Below are positions 22,955-35,539 of a DNA stretch of 64,000 nt, in pieces (position 1 is the stretch's first letter; every line of letters starts with the position of its first letter). The DNA is from Mobula hypostoma. Lineage: Eukaryota. Position numbers and translations under genes: made by a program. Below the pieces are notes generated by a model that was not told where the DNA came from, did not search any database, and was given only the letters and a program-made list of their open reading frames with translations. The DNA lies in contig NC_086109.1 of assembly GCF_963921235.1 (NCBI RefSeq), positions 21,454,001-21,518,000 of the forward strand, in the 5' to 3' direction.

Positions 22955-24589
22955 TATAACTAATGAATATTCAAAGTAAATAAAGTCAATTAACACCTAT
23001 TTTTCAATTGAGATTGCTTCCCTGGCAGATCTTTGTTAATGTGTTTTGGAAACCAACCTTCATCTTGCCTGGCCATCCTAGAGCGTTGACAGACCCCAGA
23101 TTACCACCAGTCACAGCAGCAAAGGTTGCTGTATGCAGTCCTCAGTTACGCCTGGAAATTTTTACCAGTCTGAGCATTCTGCTCACATCTCTAACGTCTG
23201 ACGGTATTGATCTGTCCCCAGTGCCCAGCCAGCTGGTGTGTCAGTGACAAGGCAAGGAACATAATCACAGGCTTGTCATTTCCAACTCTCTGTCTGACAC
23301 TCATAGGATCATCTTCCTATACTGCCACTCCACTGTTTTGCAGAGGTGGTATGAAGTGCTCCAGCGAACATGCCATTCCTATTTTTTTCTCACATCACAC
23401 ATGAATGCACCACATTCATAAGAGGCATTAAATATTAATCTGTCAGGCTGAATAATCTAATGTTCCAGCTGTAGCAGCTCCCTGGAAAACAGGCAAATAT
23501 CACAAGCAAATCAATTTCAGCCCAATTAATTTGCCAAGCAGTTATTTGTAGGATCTGTTCAGCGAACTTTTTTTTTAATTAAACAGTGATTTAATGAATA
23601 TGCTAAATGAAGCTCAATCCCACCTCCTCCCACCCACTATTTTCTCTATCAAAATCAATATTCCAGAGACAATTCTTGTCATTTCAGAATGGGGAAAACA
23701 ATATATAAATTTTTAAAATCTGGATGTTTTGTTTTCACCACAAGACACACAAAAATGATATTCTAATGAAATAAGGACCTCACACTTATGCAGTACCTTT
23801 CACAGAATCAAGATATTTTGAATCACTGTACAGTAAATTGTGATTATTAGGTAAAGTAGACCACAAAATTCTACAAGCAGCAAAATAATGATCACCAGAT
23901 AATCTGTTTTTGTTAAGGGTTAAATATAGTTGAAGACTTTGTGTAGAACTCGCCTGATAATCCCTGAATGTTTCCATGGAAATTTTATTGGGGAGTGTTG
24001 AGTATGGAGGCATACAGGTGAAACATTGCTTCTGGTGATGGGGAAGGCTGGATGGAGAGAGCAAACTTGACATGGTATTCGACGAATTGATTGTGAATGT
24101 GGCGTGTTATCCCTAACTCATTATATACCCACACAGAATGACATTTCAGGGTAAATGATACACAAAATATGATTTTTGTTATATAAGGGCTTTAAAATGA
24201 AAAAAAATTATGTTGAGGATCATATCATGACTGTCAGAAATCTTTAATTAAGGCAGAGAAGTTTGGAACCACAAGATCAGTTGGCCAATAACTGCAAGAG
24301 ATAAGACAATTTCAAGATGTTTATAAAACTATCTGCTTAAAAAAAGACTCTTTCTGTGAAAATGCACAAAAGCATTTAAATCGAATGGAAGTATTTTTTT
24401 TATAAAGCTTTCTTGACTCTCACTAGATTGTTTATTTGTTTACTGCTGGCATGGCTTCCCCTAGGCTGGATAGGATGCACGTTACTGCCTGTTGCAACAG
24501 GCCACTTCAAAGCCATTATCCTTAAGCCAACACATTTTGATGTAAAGGCCAGCTATAAAAAAAAATTTTGGCACAACCTGCTAGCCGTA

Positions 24590-24990
24590 GAATCAGATTC
24601 AGAATCACTGACATATGTTGTGAAATTTGTTGTTTTTGCAGCAGCTCTACAGTGTGATGCATTAAAAACTACTATGTTACAATATGAAAAAAGAGACCAA
24701 AATAGTTAGGTAGTGTTCCTGGGCTCGTGGACCATTCACAAATCTGATGAGGAAGGGGAAGCAGCTGACCCTAAAACATTGAATGTGTGTCTTCAGGCTC
24801 CTGTACCTCCTTCCTGATGGTAGTAACGAGAAGAGGGCAATGAGGGTCCTTAATGATGGATGCCACCTTCTTGAGGCATCGTCTTTTGAATATCTCTTCC
24901 ATGCTGGAGACGCTACTCCCTGTGATAGAGCTGGCTGAGCTTACAAACTGCTGCAGTTTTTCTAATCCTGTGCAATGGCACCTCCGTATA
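24590..24990 (-). mobile_element. Rex1-like LINE 3' end
   Basis: Homologous to 10455-10920. Confidence 0.75.
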
Positions 24991-25422
24991 GTTGCTTCCT
25001 ACTCAATGAAAGCACCTGCAAATGGATAGTGTACCATTCAATAAATTACATTTACTTACTCTGTCGGAGCCACTATTTTCCGCTGTATTGCAGGTTTAGA
25101 CTTCAGACTGAACATTAAGTTACCATGTTGATCAGCGGTCACCTCCTACAGATGTTCTATTGCCCATTTCAAATATGAGAGAAATACATTTGATTTCCTG
25201 TGTTCCTTGTATAACTTCAAAAGAAATGGAAACTATACTTCAGTAGAATGGCATCATAAAGTGAATAGTGGCTGGTGAAATAATTTATAACGTATCTAAA
25301 GTATTTAAGTACCACTCTCTTATTTGCTTTGAACTGTTATATTGTTTTTGCCATTGCTCATTTATTTTCTTTAATATATTGCTGAGATTATGTGTTACAC
25401 TCAAGTGGACAATCTTTTCTAA

Positions 25423-25642
25423 CAACACACACAAAAAAGTGCTGGTGGAATGCAGCAGGCCAGGCAGCGTCTATAGGAAGAGGTACAGTCGACATTTCGA
25501 GCCGGGACTCTTCGTCAGGGTCCCGGCCCAAAATGTCGACTGTACCTTTTCCTATAGACGCTGCCTGGCCTGCTGCATTCCACCAGCACTTTTTTGTGTT
25601 TGTTGCTTGAATTTCCAGCATCTGCAGATTTCCTCGAGTCTG
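25423..25642. mobile_element. Miniature fold-back Penelope pLTR element
   Basis: ~89 bp inverted arms 25423-25511 / 25517-25605 with a 5 nt loop; both strands give near-identical peptides in the ORF track; 12 bp TSD AATCTTTTCTAA at 25411-25422 / 25643-25654. Confidence 0.92.
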
Positions 25643-26030
25643 AATCTTTTCTAATACTTTTTATATCCTAGTAGGTCTTGTATCTTGCAATTGTAAATGT
25701 TATAGATTTCATTGGATGCAAAGCAAAGCTCTATCTACTCCATCTCCTCATACACTGCAAGCAAGGGATAGCATGGGACAGATATCATGTAATTTTCTTT
25801 TTCAATAATATCCAAGCAAAGGCTCCAGGCAAAAAGTGCAACGGGTTAGGTACAGAGTAAAATGCAAATCTTCCTTTCTATTGTACAATTATACACCCAC
25901 AGGCCAGGATGGCATGGATCAAACTGAAAGTTAATCTGTCAGACCATGCAGAATCGGGGGACACGTACAGGGTAGGGAGCTAGCTAGCTTCAAGCTGCAA
26001 AGTGGAGAGGCAGAGTATCTAGAATGGTGA

Positions 26031-29000
26031 GAACATGAAAACATAAGAAATAGGAGCAGGAGTCGGCCATTTGGCCCATCGAGCCTGCTTCGCCATTCAA
26101 TAAGATCATGGCTAATCTGGCCATGGACTCATCTCCACCTACTTACCTTTTCCCCATAACCCTTAATTCCCCTACTGTGCAAAAATCTATCCAACCTTGT
26201 CTTAAATATATTTAATGAGTTAGCCTCTGCTGGTTCATTGCGCAGAGAATTTTACAGATCACCACTCTCTGGGAAAAGCAGTTCCTCCTCATCTCCATCT
26301 TAAATCTGCTACCTTGAATCTTGAGGCTATGTCCTCCAGTCTAGTCTCACTTACCAGCAGAAACAACTTTCCTGCCTCTATCTTATCTATCCCCCTCATA
26401 ATTTTAAATGTTTCTATAAGATCTCCTCTCATTCTTCTGAATTCCAGTGAGTACAGTCCCAGGCGACTTAATCTTTCCTTATAGTCTAACCCCCTCATCT
26501 CTGGAATCACCCTCATGAACCTTCTCTGCACTGCCTCCGAAGCCAGTATATCTGTCGTCAAGTCAGGAGACCGGAACTGTACACATTACTCGAGGTGCAG
26601 CCTCACCAGTACCCTGTACAGTTGTAGCATGACCTCCCTGCTTTTAAATTCAGACACTGTAGCAATGAAGGCCAACATTCTATCCGCCTTCTTTGACAGG
26701 TTGCTGCATCTACAAACCAACCTTTTGTGATTCATGCACAAGCACTCCCAAGTCCCTCTTCACAGCAGCATGCTGCTATTTTTTTTTAACCATTTAAATA
26801 ATAATCTGCTCTTAAATTTTTCCTTCCAAAGTGGATGACCTCACACTTACCAACATTGTACTCCATCTGCCAGACCCTTGCCCACTCACTTAACCTATCT
26901 ATATCTCTCTGTATCTTCTGCGCAATTTGGTTTCTCACTCAATTTAGTATCAGCAGCAAACTTAGACACACTACACTCGGTCCCATCTTCCAGATGGTTA
27001 ATTTATATTGTGAATAGTTGCAGGCCCAGCACCAGCCCCTGCGACACACCACTCACCACTGATTGCCAACCAGAGTAACACCCATGTATCCTAACTCTCT
27101 TTTTTCTATTAGTTAACCAATCCTCATCCATGCTAAAACATCCGCCCCAACCCTATGCATCCTTATCTTATGGATGTCTTTTATGTGGCACCTTATTGAA
27201 CACTTTCTGGAAATCCAAGGAAATTACATCCATCTGTTCCCCTATATCCACTGCGCTCATTATATCCTCAAATAACTCCAGTAAGTTTGTCAAACAGGAC
27301 CCGTCTTTGCTGAATCCATGCTGTGTCTGCCTGATGGATCCATTTCTTTCCAGATGCCTTGCTATTTCTTCTTTAATGATAGCTTCAAGCATTTTCCCAG
27401 CTACAGATGTTAAACTAACTGGCCTATAGTTACCTGCATTTTGCCTACATCCGTTTTTGAACAGTGGCACGACAGTTGCCGTCTTCCAATCTGCTGGGAC
27501 CTGCACAGGGCTCAAAGAATTTTGGTAAATCATCACCAAAGCCTCTACTATAACTTCTGCCATTTCTTTCAATACCCTGGGATGCATTCCATCAGGACCA
27601 GGAGACTTATCTATCTTCAGGCCCACAAGTTTGCTCAGCACTACCTGTTTAATGATAGCTACTGTACTGAGGACCTCACCTCCCATCACATCCATAACAT
27701 CTGTCTTTGCAATGTTAGATGTGTCACCATGAAAACCGACTCACAATGGTCATTTAAAGCCTCGGCCATTTCCTCATTACCCAATATCAACTCCCCCTTC
27801 TCGTCCTCCAAGGAACCTGTGTTCACCTTAGCCACCCTTTTCTGCTTTATATAATTATAAAAACTTTTACTATCGGTTTTTATATTTTGTGCTAGTTTAT
27901 TTTCATAATCTATCTTCCCTTTCTTTATTGCTCGATTATTGGTACTTTGTTGCTTTTTAAAGTTTTCCCAGTCTTCCAGTTTCCCACTACTCTTGGTAAC
28001 TTTGTATGCATGAGCTTTCAGTTTGATGCTTTCTTTTATTTTCTTAGTTATCTATGGTTGGCTCTCCCCACCCTTACTGTCCTTGCTTTTAACTGGAATG
28101 TATTGTTGTTGAGCACCATTAAAAACCTCTTTGAAAGTCTTCCACTGTTCCTCAATTGCCCACCATATAGCCTGTGTTCCCAGTCTACACTAGCCAAATC
28201 CTCCCTCCTCCCATTGTAGTCTCCATTGTTTAGGCATAATACATTGGTTTTTGATCGAACTATTGTACCCTCTATTTGTATGAGGAATTAAACCATACTC
28301 TGATTACTCTTTCCAAGAGGATCCCTAACTACAAGATCACTACTTTTACCTGCCTCATTGCACAGGACCAGATCTAAGATGACACGTTCCCTTGTAGGTT
28401 CAGTAACATGCTGCTCAAGAAAGCAATCACGGATGCATTCTATGAAGTCCTCCTCAAGACTGCCTCAACCAACTTGATTCACCCAAGCTATGTGAAAGTT
28501 AAAGTCCCCATGATAACTGCTGTTCCACTGTTCCATTCTTACATGCCTCAGATATTTCAGTTTATTGCCTGTGCCACTGTAGTGCTATTATTCAGTGGCC
28601 GATATATAACTACCACCAGTGATTTTTTTTTCTCTTTATTATTCCTAATCTCTACCCAGATTGATTCAACATTCTGCTCCTTAGATCTTAAATCATCTCT
28701 CACTATCGCCCTGATCCCATCTTTAATTAAGAGTGTTACCCCGCTTGCCTTGCCTTCCTGCCTACTCTTCTGTATTACCTGCTATCCTTGGTATTTAATT
28801 CCCAATCCTCTCCACCCTGCAACCAAGTCTCTGTAATGGCCACTAAATCTTACCTCTTTGTATTGATTTGAGCCACAAGTTTGCTAACTTTCGAATACTA
28901 CGGGCATTCAGATAAAGTGCCCTTACACTCATTGTGCTTTTAATATCTTGCAATCTTTTACTCTTTTGCACTTGACTTTCTTCACTCCATTCTTACTTTT

Positions 29001-30210
29001 CTCTTTTTTATCTTTTTTTTTGTCTTTATTCACACTTCTCTTTTTTTACTTTATCCATACTCACGTTGAACCCACCACCCTACTATTTAGTTTAAAGCCC
29101 TATCCACAGCCCTGGTTATGCGATTTGCTAGGATCCAGGTCCCATCACGGTTCCGGTGGAGCCCGTCCCATTGGTACAGCTCCCTCCTTCCCCAATACTG
29201 GTGCCAGTTTTCCACAAATTCAAACCCACTTCTCCCACACCAATCCCTGAGCCATGCATTTTACTCTCTAATCTTCTTGACCCTATGCCAATTTGCAAGT
29301 GGCTCAGGTAGTAATCTGGAGATGACCACCTTTTTGGTTCTGCTTTTTACTTTAGTCCCTAGCTGTTCAAATTCCCTCTGCGGAACCGCTTTCCTTGTTC
29401 TATCTATGCTGTTGCTACCCACATGGACCACGATAACTGGATCTTTCCCCTCCCACTGCAAATTCCTCTGTAGGTCAGATAAGATGTCCCGAACCCAGGC
29501 ACCAGCCAGGCAACACAGCCTTTGGGACACTCTATCCATGTGACAGGGAACTCTGTCTATTCCCCTGACTATACTATCCCCAATTACCGCTACATTTCTC
29601 TTCTGTCCTCCCTCTTGAATGGCTCCCTGAACTGTGGTGCCACAGTTAGGTTGCTCATCCTTCCTACAGCCCCCACTCTCATCCACACAGGGAGCAAGAA
29701 TCTCAGACCTGTTGGACAAGCTTAAGGGCTGCGATTCCTCCAGCACTGTCTCTTGGAACCCACTACCCGCCTCACTCACAGTCACATCTTGTCCCTGACC
29801 ACAGAACTTGTGGCAGCTAATCTAGTGGGTGTGACTACCTCCTGAAACAGAGAATCCAGGTAACTCTCCCCCTCCCTGATGTGCCGCAGTGTTTAAAGCT
29901 CAGATTCCAGGTCATCAACTTCGAGCCTGAGTTCCTCGAGCAGCCAACACTTGTTGCAGATGTGGTCATCGGGAACCACAACGGGGTCCACCAGCTCCCA
30001 TATCATGCAGCTACAGCACATCACCTGACCCTGCATCATTCCTTTATTTAATTATCTGTAACTTAGTGAGTTTTTATTCAACCACTACAAAAGCCTTACT
30101 CGCTACTTACCTGTGCCTCCTCGCCAAAGCCTCAAGTTCCCACTCCTGCACTGGTCCACTCACACATTAGCCGCTCTGCTTTGACCCTGCTTTTATTTGC
30201 TCCTGCTAAT
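26031..30210 (-). mobile_element. Near full-length CR1 LINE (5'UTR, ORF1, ORF2, 3' tail), mutated
   Basis: ORF2 pieces 27168..27695 ([27 protein letters not shown]) and 26289..26561; ORF1 upstream; possible TSD GAATGGTGA 26022-26030 / GAATCGTGA 30211-30219. Confidence 0.9.
29087..30039 (-). pseudogene. CR1 ORF1p: C4 zinc finger, coiled coil and SGNH esterase
   Basis: MMQGQVMCCSC...HICNKCWLLEELRLEVDDLESEL*; esterase blocks IGDSIVR, VHVGSN and DGLH; one stop plus frameshifts. Confidence 0.85.
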
Positions 30211-30318
30211 GAATCGTGAACCACCGCTAATGCGCCAATCCCCATGAAACGCTCCTTTTTAAAACTCTTCTCCCCGACGTGTGCAAATCTCTCTCCCTCT
30301 CCCTCTCCCTCCTTCCCA

Positions 30319-30325
<7 letters not shown>

Positions 30326-30370
<45 letters not shown>
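30326..30370. repeat. (CT)n microsatellite
   Basis: About 22 CT units inside a pyrimidine tract spanning 30288-30408. Confidence 0.95.
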
Positions 30371-30376
<6 letters not shown>

Positions 30377-30599
30377 TCCCTCTCCCTTTCTCTCCCCCTC
30401 CCCCCCTCGAATTGATGGGTCCGCTGGTAATGGTAGAAGCTGGAGTGTCACAACAGCTGAGACCACTGCTATTTTGAATTTGAACTTAAAAAATGAATAG
30501 TTAAACCTGGGGATAATCTCTGAGAGCAAGTGCAGTAGCTTATGAAAAGGCATTAGCCTGAGATATGTGGAGAAATATTGGCTGTAACCCATCTTTGTT

Positions 30600-30900
30600 T
30601 GTTTATTTATTAATTTAGAGATACGGCGTGGAACAGGGCCTTCTGGCCTAATGCGCCACATCAGCCAGCAACCTACACATTTAACACTAGCCTAATCACA
30701 GGATAATTTACAATGACCAATTAACCTACAAACCTGTACATCTTTGGAGCATGGGAAGAATCTGGAGTACCGGGAGGAAACGCACACAGTGACAAGGAGA
30801 AGTGTAAACCCCTCACGGATGGTGTCAGTATTGAACTCTGAACTCCAGAAAACCCTGGGCTGTAATAGCATTGCGCTAACTGGAAGCTGCTGTGGTGCCA
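30600..30900 (-). mobile_element. V-SINE / HE1-like SINE
   Basis: Reverse V-domain; (TTTA)n tail near 30600. Confidence 0.75.
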
Positions 30901-31439
30901 CAATTCATTTTAACATTCCCCTGCGCTACCAAGAAGCTGTGAGATTTCTGCACAAGGGCTGAAAGCCTGAATTTTCCCATTCGTTGGTATTATTTTACAA
31001 GAATGCATTCCAATATTGGACTGTATACAATTTTAACAAATCTTCTGCACTTACGTTAATGAATCTGTGGCAATTTAGACCTGGCACAGAAACAGAGTCT
31101 CCATTTATCTGACTGGAAGGGAACAGCTGTGGGGAACAAAATGTGAAGGACGTTCTGCTGACCACAAAATCCGGGCCATTAATAAACCCTGCAGTCAGGA
31201 AGTATAATTAGCAAGTGAATTGTGAAGCTGATATGTGCGGAAATATAGCATTTTTGTTTGAGAAACGTAGAATTCATCCAGTGGAAACTGAGAATTTAAA
31301 TAATGTTGAGCAGCCATTAGATCAAATACACCAGTACCTAAGAACTGAGAGAGAGATAAATGAGAATATGACCAAAAAAAACTGACTTATTTCACTCAGA
31401 GTAGCATTCATTTAATGAAAAGAATATGGGAGGCCTGAG

Positions 31440-31840
31440 AGTGTACAGAAAGATTGGGAAATTACATTGCAGTTTCATAAGATCTTGGTGATGTCTCACG
31501 TGGAGGACTGTGTACAGGTTGGTCACACTGTTATTAGAAAGATGTTATCAAGCTAGAACGAGTGCAGGAAAGATCTACCAGGATCTGAGTTACAAGGGGA
31601 GTCTGAGTTACTAGCACTTTACTCATGCGAGTGCAGGAAATTGAGAGGTGATCTGATGAAGGTATAAAAGAACATGGGGAGCATAAACAGGATGAAAGCA
31701 CATAGTCTTTTTTCCCAGAGATGGAGTGCGAAAATCAAAACGGTCGTAGGTTTAAGGTCGGAGATGAGAGATTAGAAAGGAGCATCAGGGCAGCTTCGTC
31801 ATGCAAAGGGTGCTGTGTATTTGGAATAATCTGCCAGAAA
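31440..31840 (+). mobile_element. Degraded CR1 3' fragment
   Basis: KLERVQERST...RKLRGDL..VYK and RVLCIWNNLPE motifs. Confidence 0.75.
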
Positions 31841-32337
31841 AACTTCTAAAATGCCCGGTTCGCTGCCGCTGCTACTGTGCGATCAAGAATCTCTGGAGGG
31901 AAGGCCCCAAAATCCTCGGCTTTGCCTGCTGCTGGCAGCCAGGACTGGGGTCAAAGCACTCGGCAGAGATGGTGCTCAGTGTCGGAGGGCTGGTTGGAGG
32001 CTCGAAGTTTTCGGACAACTCATAGTCAGACTGTGGTCAGGCATGGCAGGGAGAGTTTTCTTCCTTCTCCCGTCTGCGTGAGATGTGGGACTTTCGAGAG
32101 ACTTTGAACTTTTTTTTACCATGCCCATGGCCTGTTCTTCATCAAGTTATGGTATTGCTTGCATTGTTGTAACTATATGTTATACTTGTGTGGTTTTTGT
32201 CAGTTTTTCAGTCTTGGTCTGTCCTGTATTTCTGTGATATCACACCAGAGGAATATTGTATTATTTCTTAATGCATGCATTACTAAATGACAATAAAAGA
32301 GGACTACATGTCCTCATAATCTAATCTAATAATCTAA
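31841..32337 (+). mobile_element. 5'-truncated copy of a ~660 bp non-autonomous retroposon
   Basis: Homologous to 53831-54496(-) and 59822-60483(+); ends AATAAAA-GAGGAC N5 GTCCTC-ATAATCTAATCTAA. Confidence 0.85.
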
Positions 32338-32349
32338 ATAGTGGTTGAG

Positions 32350-32830
32350 ATAAATAACGGATGGGGTACGAGGGGGAGGTGGGGCATTAGCGGAATAAAT
32401 AACCCCATCCGTTATTTATTTATTTATAGACACACATTCTTTTTCTCTCTCTCCTTTTTCTCCCTCTGTCCCTCTCACTATATCCCTTGCCCATCTTCTG
32501 TGGTTTCCCCCCCTCCCCCTTTTCTTTCTCCCTGGGCTTCCTGTCCCATGATCCTCTCATATCCCTTTTGCCAATCACCTGTCCAGCTCTTGTCTCCATC
32601 CCCCCCCCCCATCCACCTCCTGTCTTCTCCTATCATTTTGGATCTCCCCCTCCCCCTCCCACTTTCAAATCTCTTACTAGCTCTTCTGTCAGTTAGTCCT
32701 GATGAAGGGTCTCGGCCCGAAACGTCGACTGTACCTCTTCCTAGAGATGCTGCCTGGTCTGCTGCGTTCACCAGCAACTTCGATGTATATTGCTTGAAAT
32801 TCCAGCATCTGCAGATTTCCTCGTGTTTGA
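32350..32830 (+). mobile_element. Young Penelope pLTR with a short 5' inversion
   Basis: Nearly identical to 46045-46370; small inverted segment 32351-32395. Confidence 0.9.
32695..32730 (+). ncRNA. Minimal type I hammerhead ribozyme (intact)
   Basis: Stem I AGUC/GACU; core CUGAUGA; stem II GGGU-CUCG-GCCC; GAAAC-GUC with palindromic ACGU helix III; predicted cut after C32726. Confidence 0.8.
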
Positions 32831-34371
32831 CTTTTCCCTTCACTGTCTCTTTCTCCAAGTAACTGTAGTTTTCTTGCTATCTGTATTACTCTATATTATA
32901 GAGTCATGAGAGATAGAACGTTGTCTGTGCTGATTGTGCAGCGCTAAGATATTTTTACGCTAATCCAACATTTTCCTATTTTTTCTTTCCACATTCTCAT
33001 TGACTCCCTCTTGAACTCTACCCCTCAGCTACACACTAGGGTAAATTAACCTACTGGGCACCAGATCTTTGGGACGTTGGGGGAGGGGAACCACAGCACG
33101 TGAAGGAAACCCATCTGGTCACAAGGAGAAAATGCAACTCCACTTAGCCCTGGAGATCAGGACTGAATAGGGGACACCAGAGCTGTACAGCTCTATCAGC
33201 ATCACCCTAGTTGTTTTTGTCACCCACACTCTGAAAAAAGATATTCAGAAATCGCTGATCATCATAGTACCTTTGCCAGAATAGCTCAATCTGGGCCATC
33301 TCAGTGGATGACAATGCAATGTCAAGCCACCTGATGTTAGCACTGTGATAATGATCTGGAGATTCTTTGGAAATCATGAATGAGACATCAGCTTGGTGGT
33401 TATGGATGTCTTATTACAAGAACAATGAATGAACAAAGAAGACAAGAAAGAGTTGTGTCCATTTCATAACCTGACTAGAGCTAAAGCACATTCCAGCGAT
33501 AACAATTAACCTATAAAATAACCAGATTCTGCTGCAGAAAAAACTGAGGCTCCTAGAAAAAGAATAAAATCGGCTATACTACAATTACTAGAAAATCTAC
33601 TCAACAATTCGAAGTTCAAAAGGTTCAAAGTACATTTACTATTGGAGTATGTATACTATATGCAACCTTGAGATTTGTCTCATTACAGGCAGCCACAAAA
33701 CAAGAAAACCCAATAGAACCCATTTTAAAAAAAGACCGTCAAATATCTAATGTGCAGAAAAAAAACAAATCGTGCAAACAATAAAAGTAAGCAAAATAAC
33801 ATTCAGAACTATAATTCATAAAAATGTTATTAACATTTATAGGTGATTTTATAAAAATACAAGCACTAAACCATGAAAAAAAGAACATTTCTACACCCAA
33901 CTCTTTCGTTATGTTTGGTGGCCCATCACTGATACATGTGCTACATTGTATTAGTGAGATTATACTGGGCAAGCAGGAAGTTTGGACCTCTCACAGGATA
34001 ATGGTTGAACTCTTAATCTCCCAATTAATCTTGCCATGGATTTTGCACTTTATTTGTCTACCTGCTCTTTCATTATAACTGCATTTTGTTTTCTTTTTAC
34101 TTACCTAACGTAGTTTTTCATGGTATGATCTGTCTAGATGACAGGCAAAACAAAAGCATCTTTTCACTATATCTTGGTACATGTCACAATAATGAAGAGT
34201 AACAATAAACCAATACCAGGTGTGTGTTTCAAGGTGTATGGGGTAACCAGGGAGGGGTAGAACCTCGGGTGAAGGGGTTTGTCATGTCCATTTCAGGGCA
34301 GCTCACTCACCTTTAGTCACTACTGGACACTCAGGTCTCGCCTGTAGCTCCAAGTAGCTGTTTAGATGCGA

Positions 34372-34515
34372 CACCAGTCCGAATGAAGGGTCTCGGCTGA
34401 AACGTCGACTGTTTACTCTTTTTCATAGATACTGCTTGGCCTGCTGAGTTCCTCCAGCATTGTGTGTGTGTTGCTTTGGATTTCCAGTACAGTATCTGCA
34501 GATTTTCTCGTGTTT
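34372..34515 (+). mobile_element. Penelope pLTR fragment (hammerhead core mutated)
   Basis: AGTCCGAATGAAGGGTCTCGGCTGAAACGTCGACT followed by the pLTR 3' end. Confidence 0.8.
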
Positions 34516-35539
34516 GTGTCACCAAGTGCGTAGTTTGCACATTTCCTCCCTGATCACTCGCAGCACCTTCAGTTACTATTTTTCCAGTTTTGTCAGAACT
34601 CAGGCGACAGGCCGGAGTATCTCTAGTTATTTCTAATTTCCCCATAACTGTTGCACTCTGCCACGATTGTTTCAACCCCTGCAGGGTATCATCTTGCAGA
34701 TCGCGTCATCTCAGCTTTAATGAGTTCGAGGTTAGATTGGACTTGGTTGATTTGCAATGTGAGCCATTTATTGCTGTAGCATTAGCAACAGTAAGCACCA
34801 GAGCATTGCTTGGACTGTTGCCAGCTCACGGGTTGATGAATAAAGCATGGCCTGTTAGAGCAATGTAGCCTTTAAGGACAGAAGGCAGCTTTATCTTCCA
34901 CCTCATCTGACGGCGAACAAATATTGGAATAGAATCAGACCACAGTCTTCCTCTCAAACTCAGGAATGATTTCTATCGAGTTATTCTGAGAAAACATCCT
35001 TCAGGCTTATTGTGTGAATCAAATCCCTGTTATTCAGACCCAGTGTAACCTGTGAATTATTAATATTGCCACATATATCTTCATCTTTTGGGATTTTTCA
35101 TGGGTTTATTCACCTTTCTCTGTTTGCACACATGTCTTAAACATGGACTGAGGGGAATAAGATTACATGGCCTTGAAATCCGTTCACTCATTTACTTACT
35201 GTCAAGTTCTGGCTGGATTTAACAGACGTAATATAATCATAGAGAGTTTGAAAAGAGGAGTAGAAACATTTTAAATGTTGTCATTATATTCAAATGTTCT
35301 CCTCTCTCTGTTATCTGGCACATTGACTATGCCTATGAAAATACTGGTTATAACATACGTAAATAATTAAGGCATCACTGCATAATGTATTTGGTTATGT
35401 GTGCCTCATTCTGCTAATGTACACAGATAGATGAGGGCCTTGAATAAACCAGAAACACCTTGTTGCTCTCTCAGTGTTTTGCATGTATTACTCTGCTACA
35501 TCATTAGGAACTGGGAAACGACATGGGCGTACACGTTGT

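Noticed and set aside
25512..25516. Fold-back apex as the ribozyme cleavage site itself
   Set aside because: Both arms extend ~20 nt past the predicted GUC cut site, so the junction is not a cleaved RNA end.
30227..30661. 144 aa ORF with an ER repeat
   Set aside because: It is a translation of the (CT)n microsatellite and SINE tail.
32341..32862. Recurrent peptide SVSPDEGSRPETSTVPLPRDAAW in several ORFs
   Set aside because: It is an incidental translation of the non-coding pLTR and hammerhead DNA, not a protein domain.
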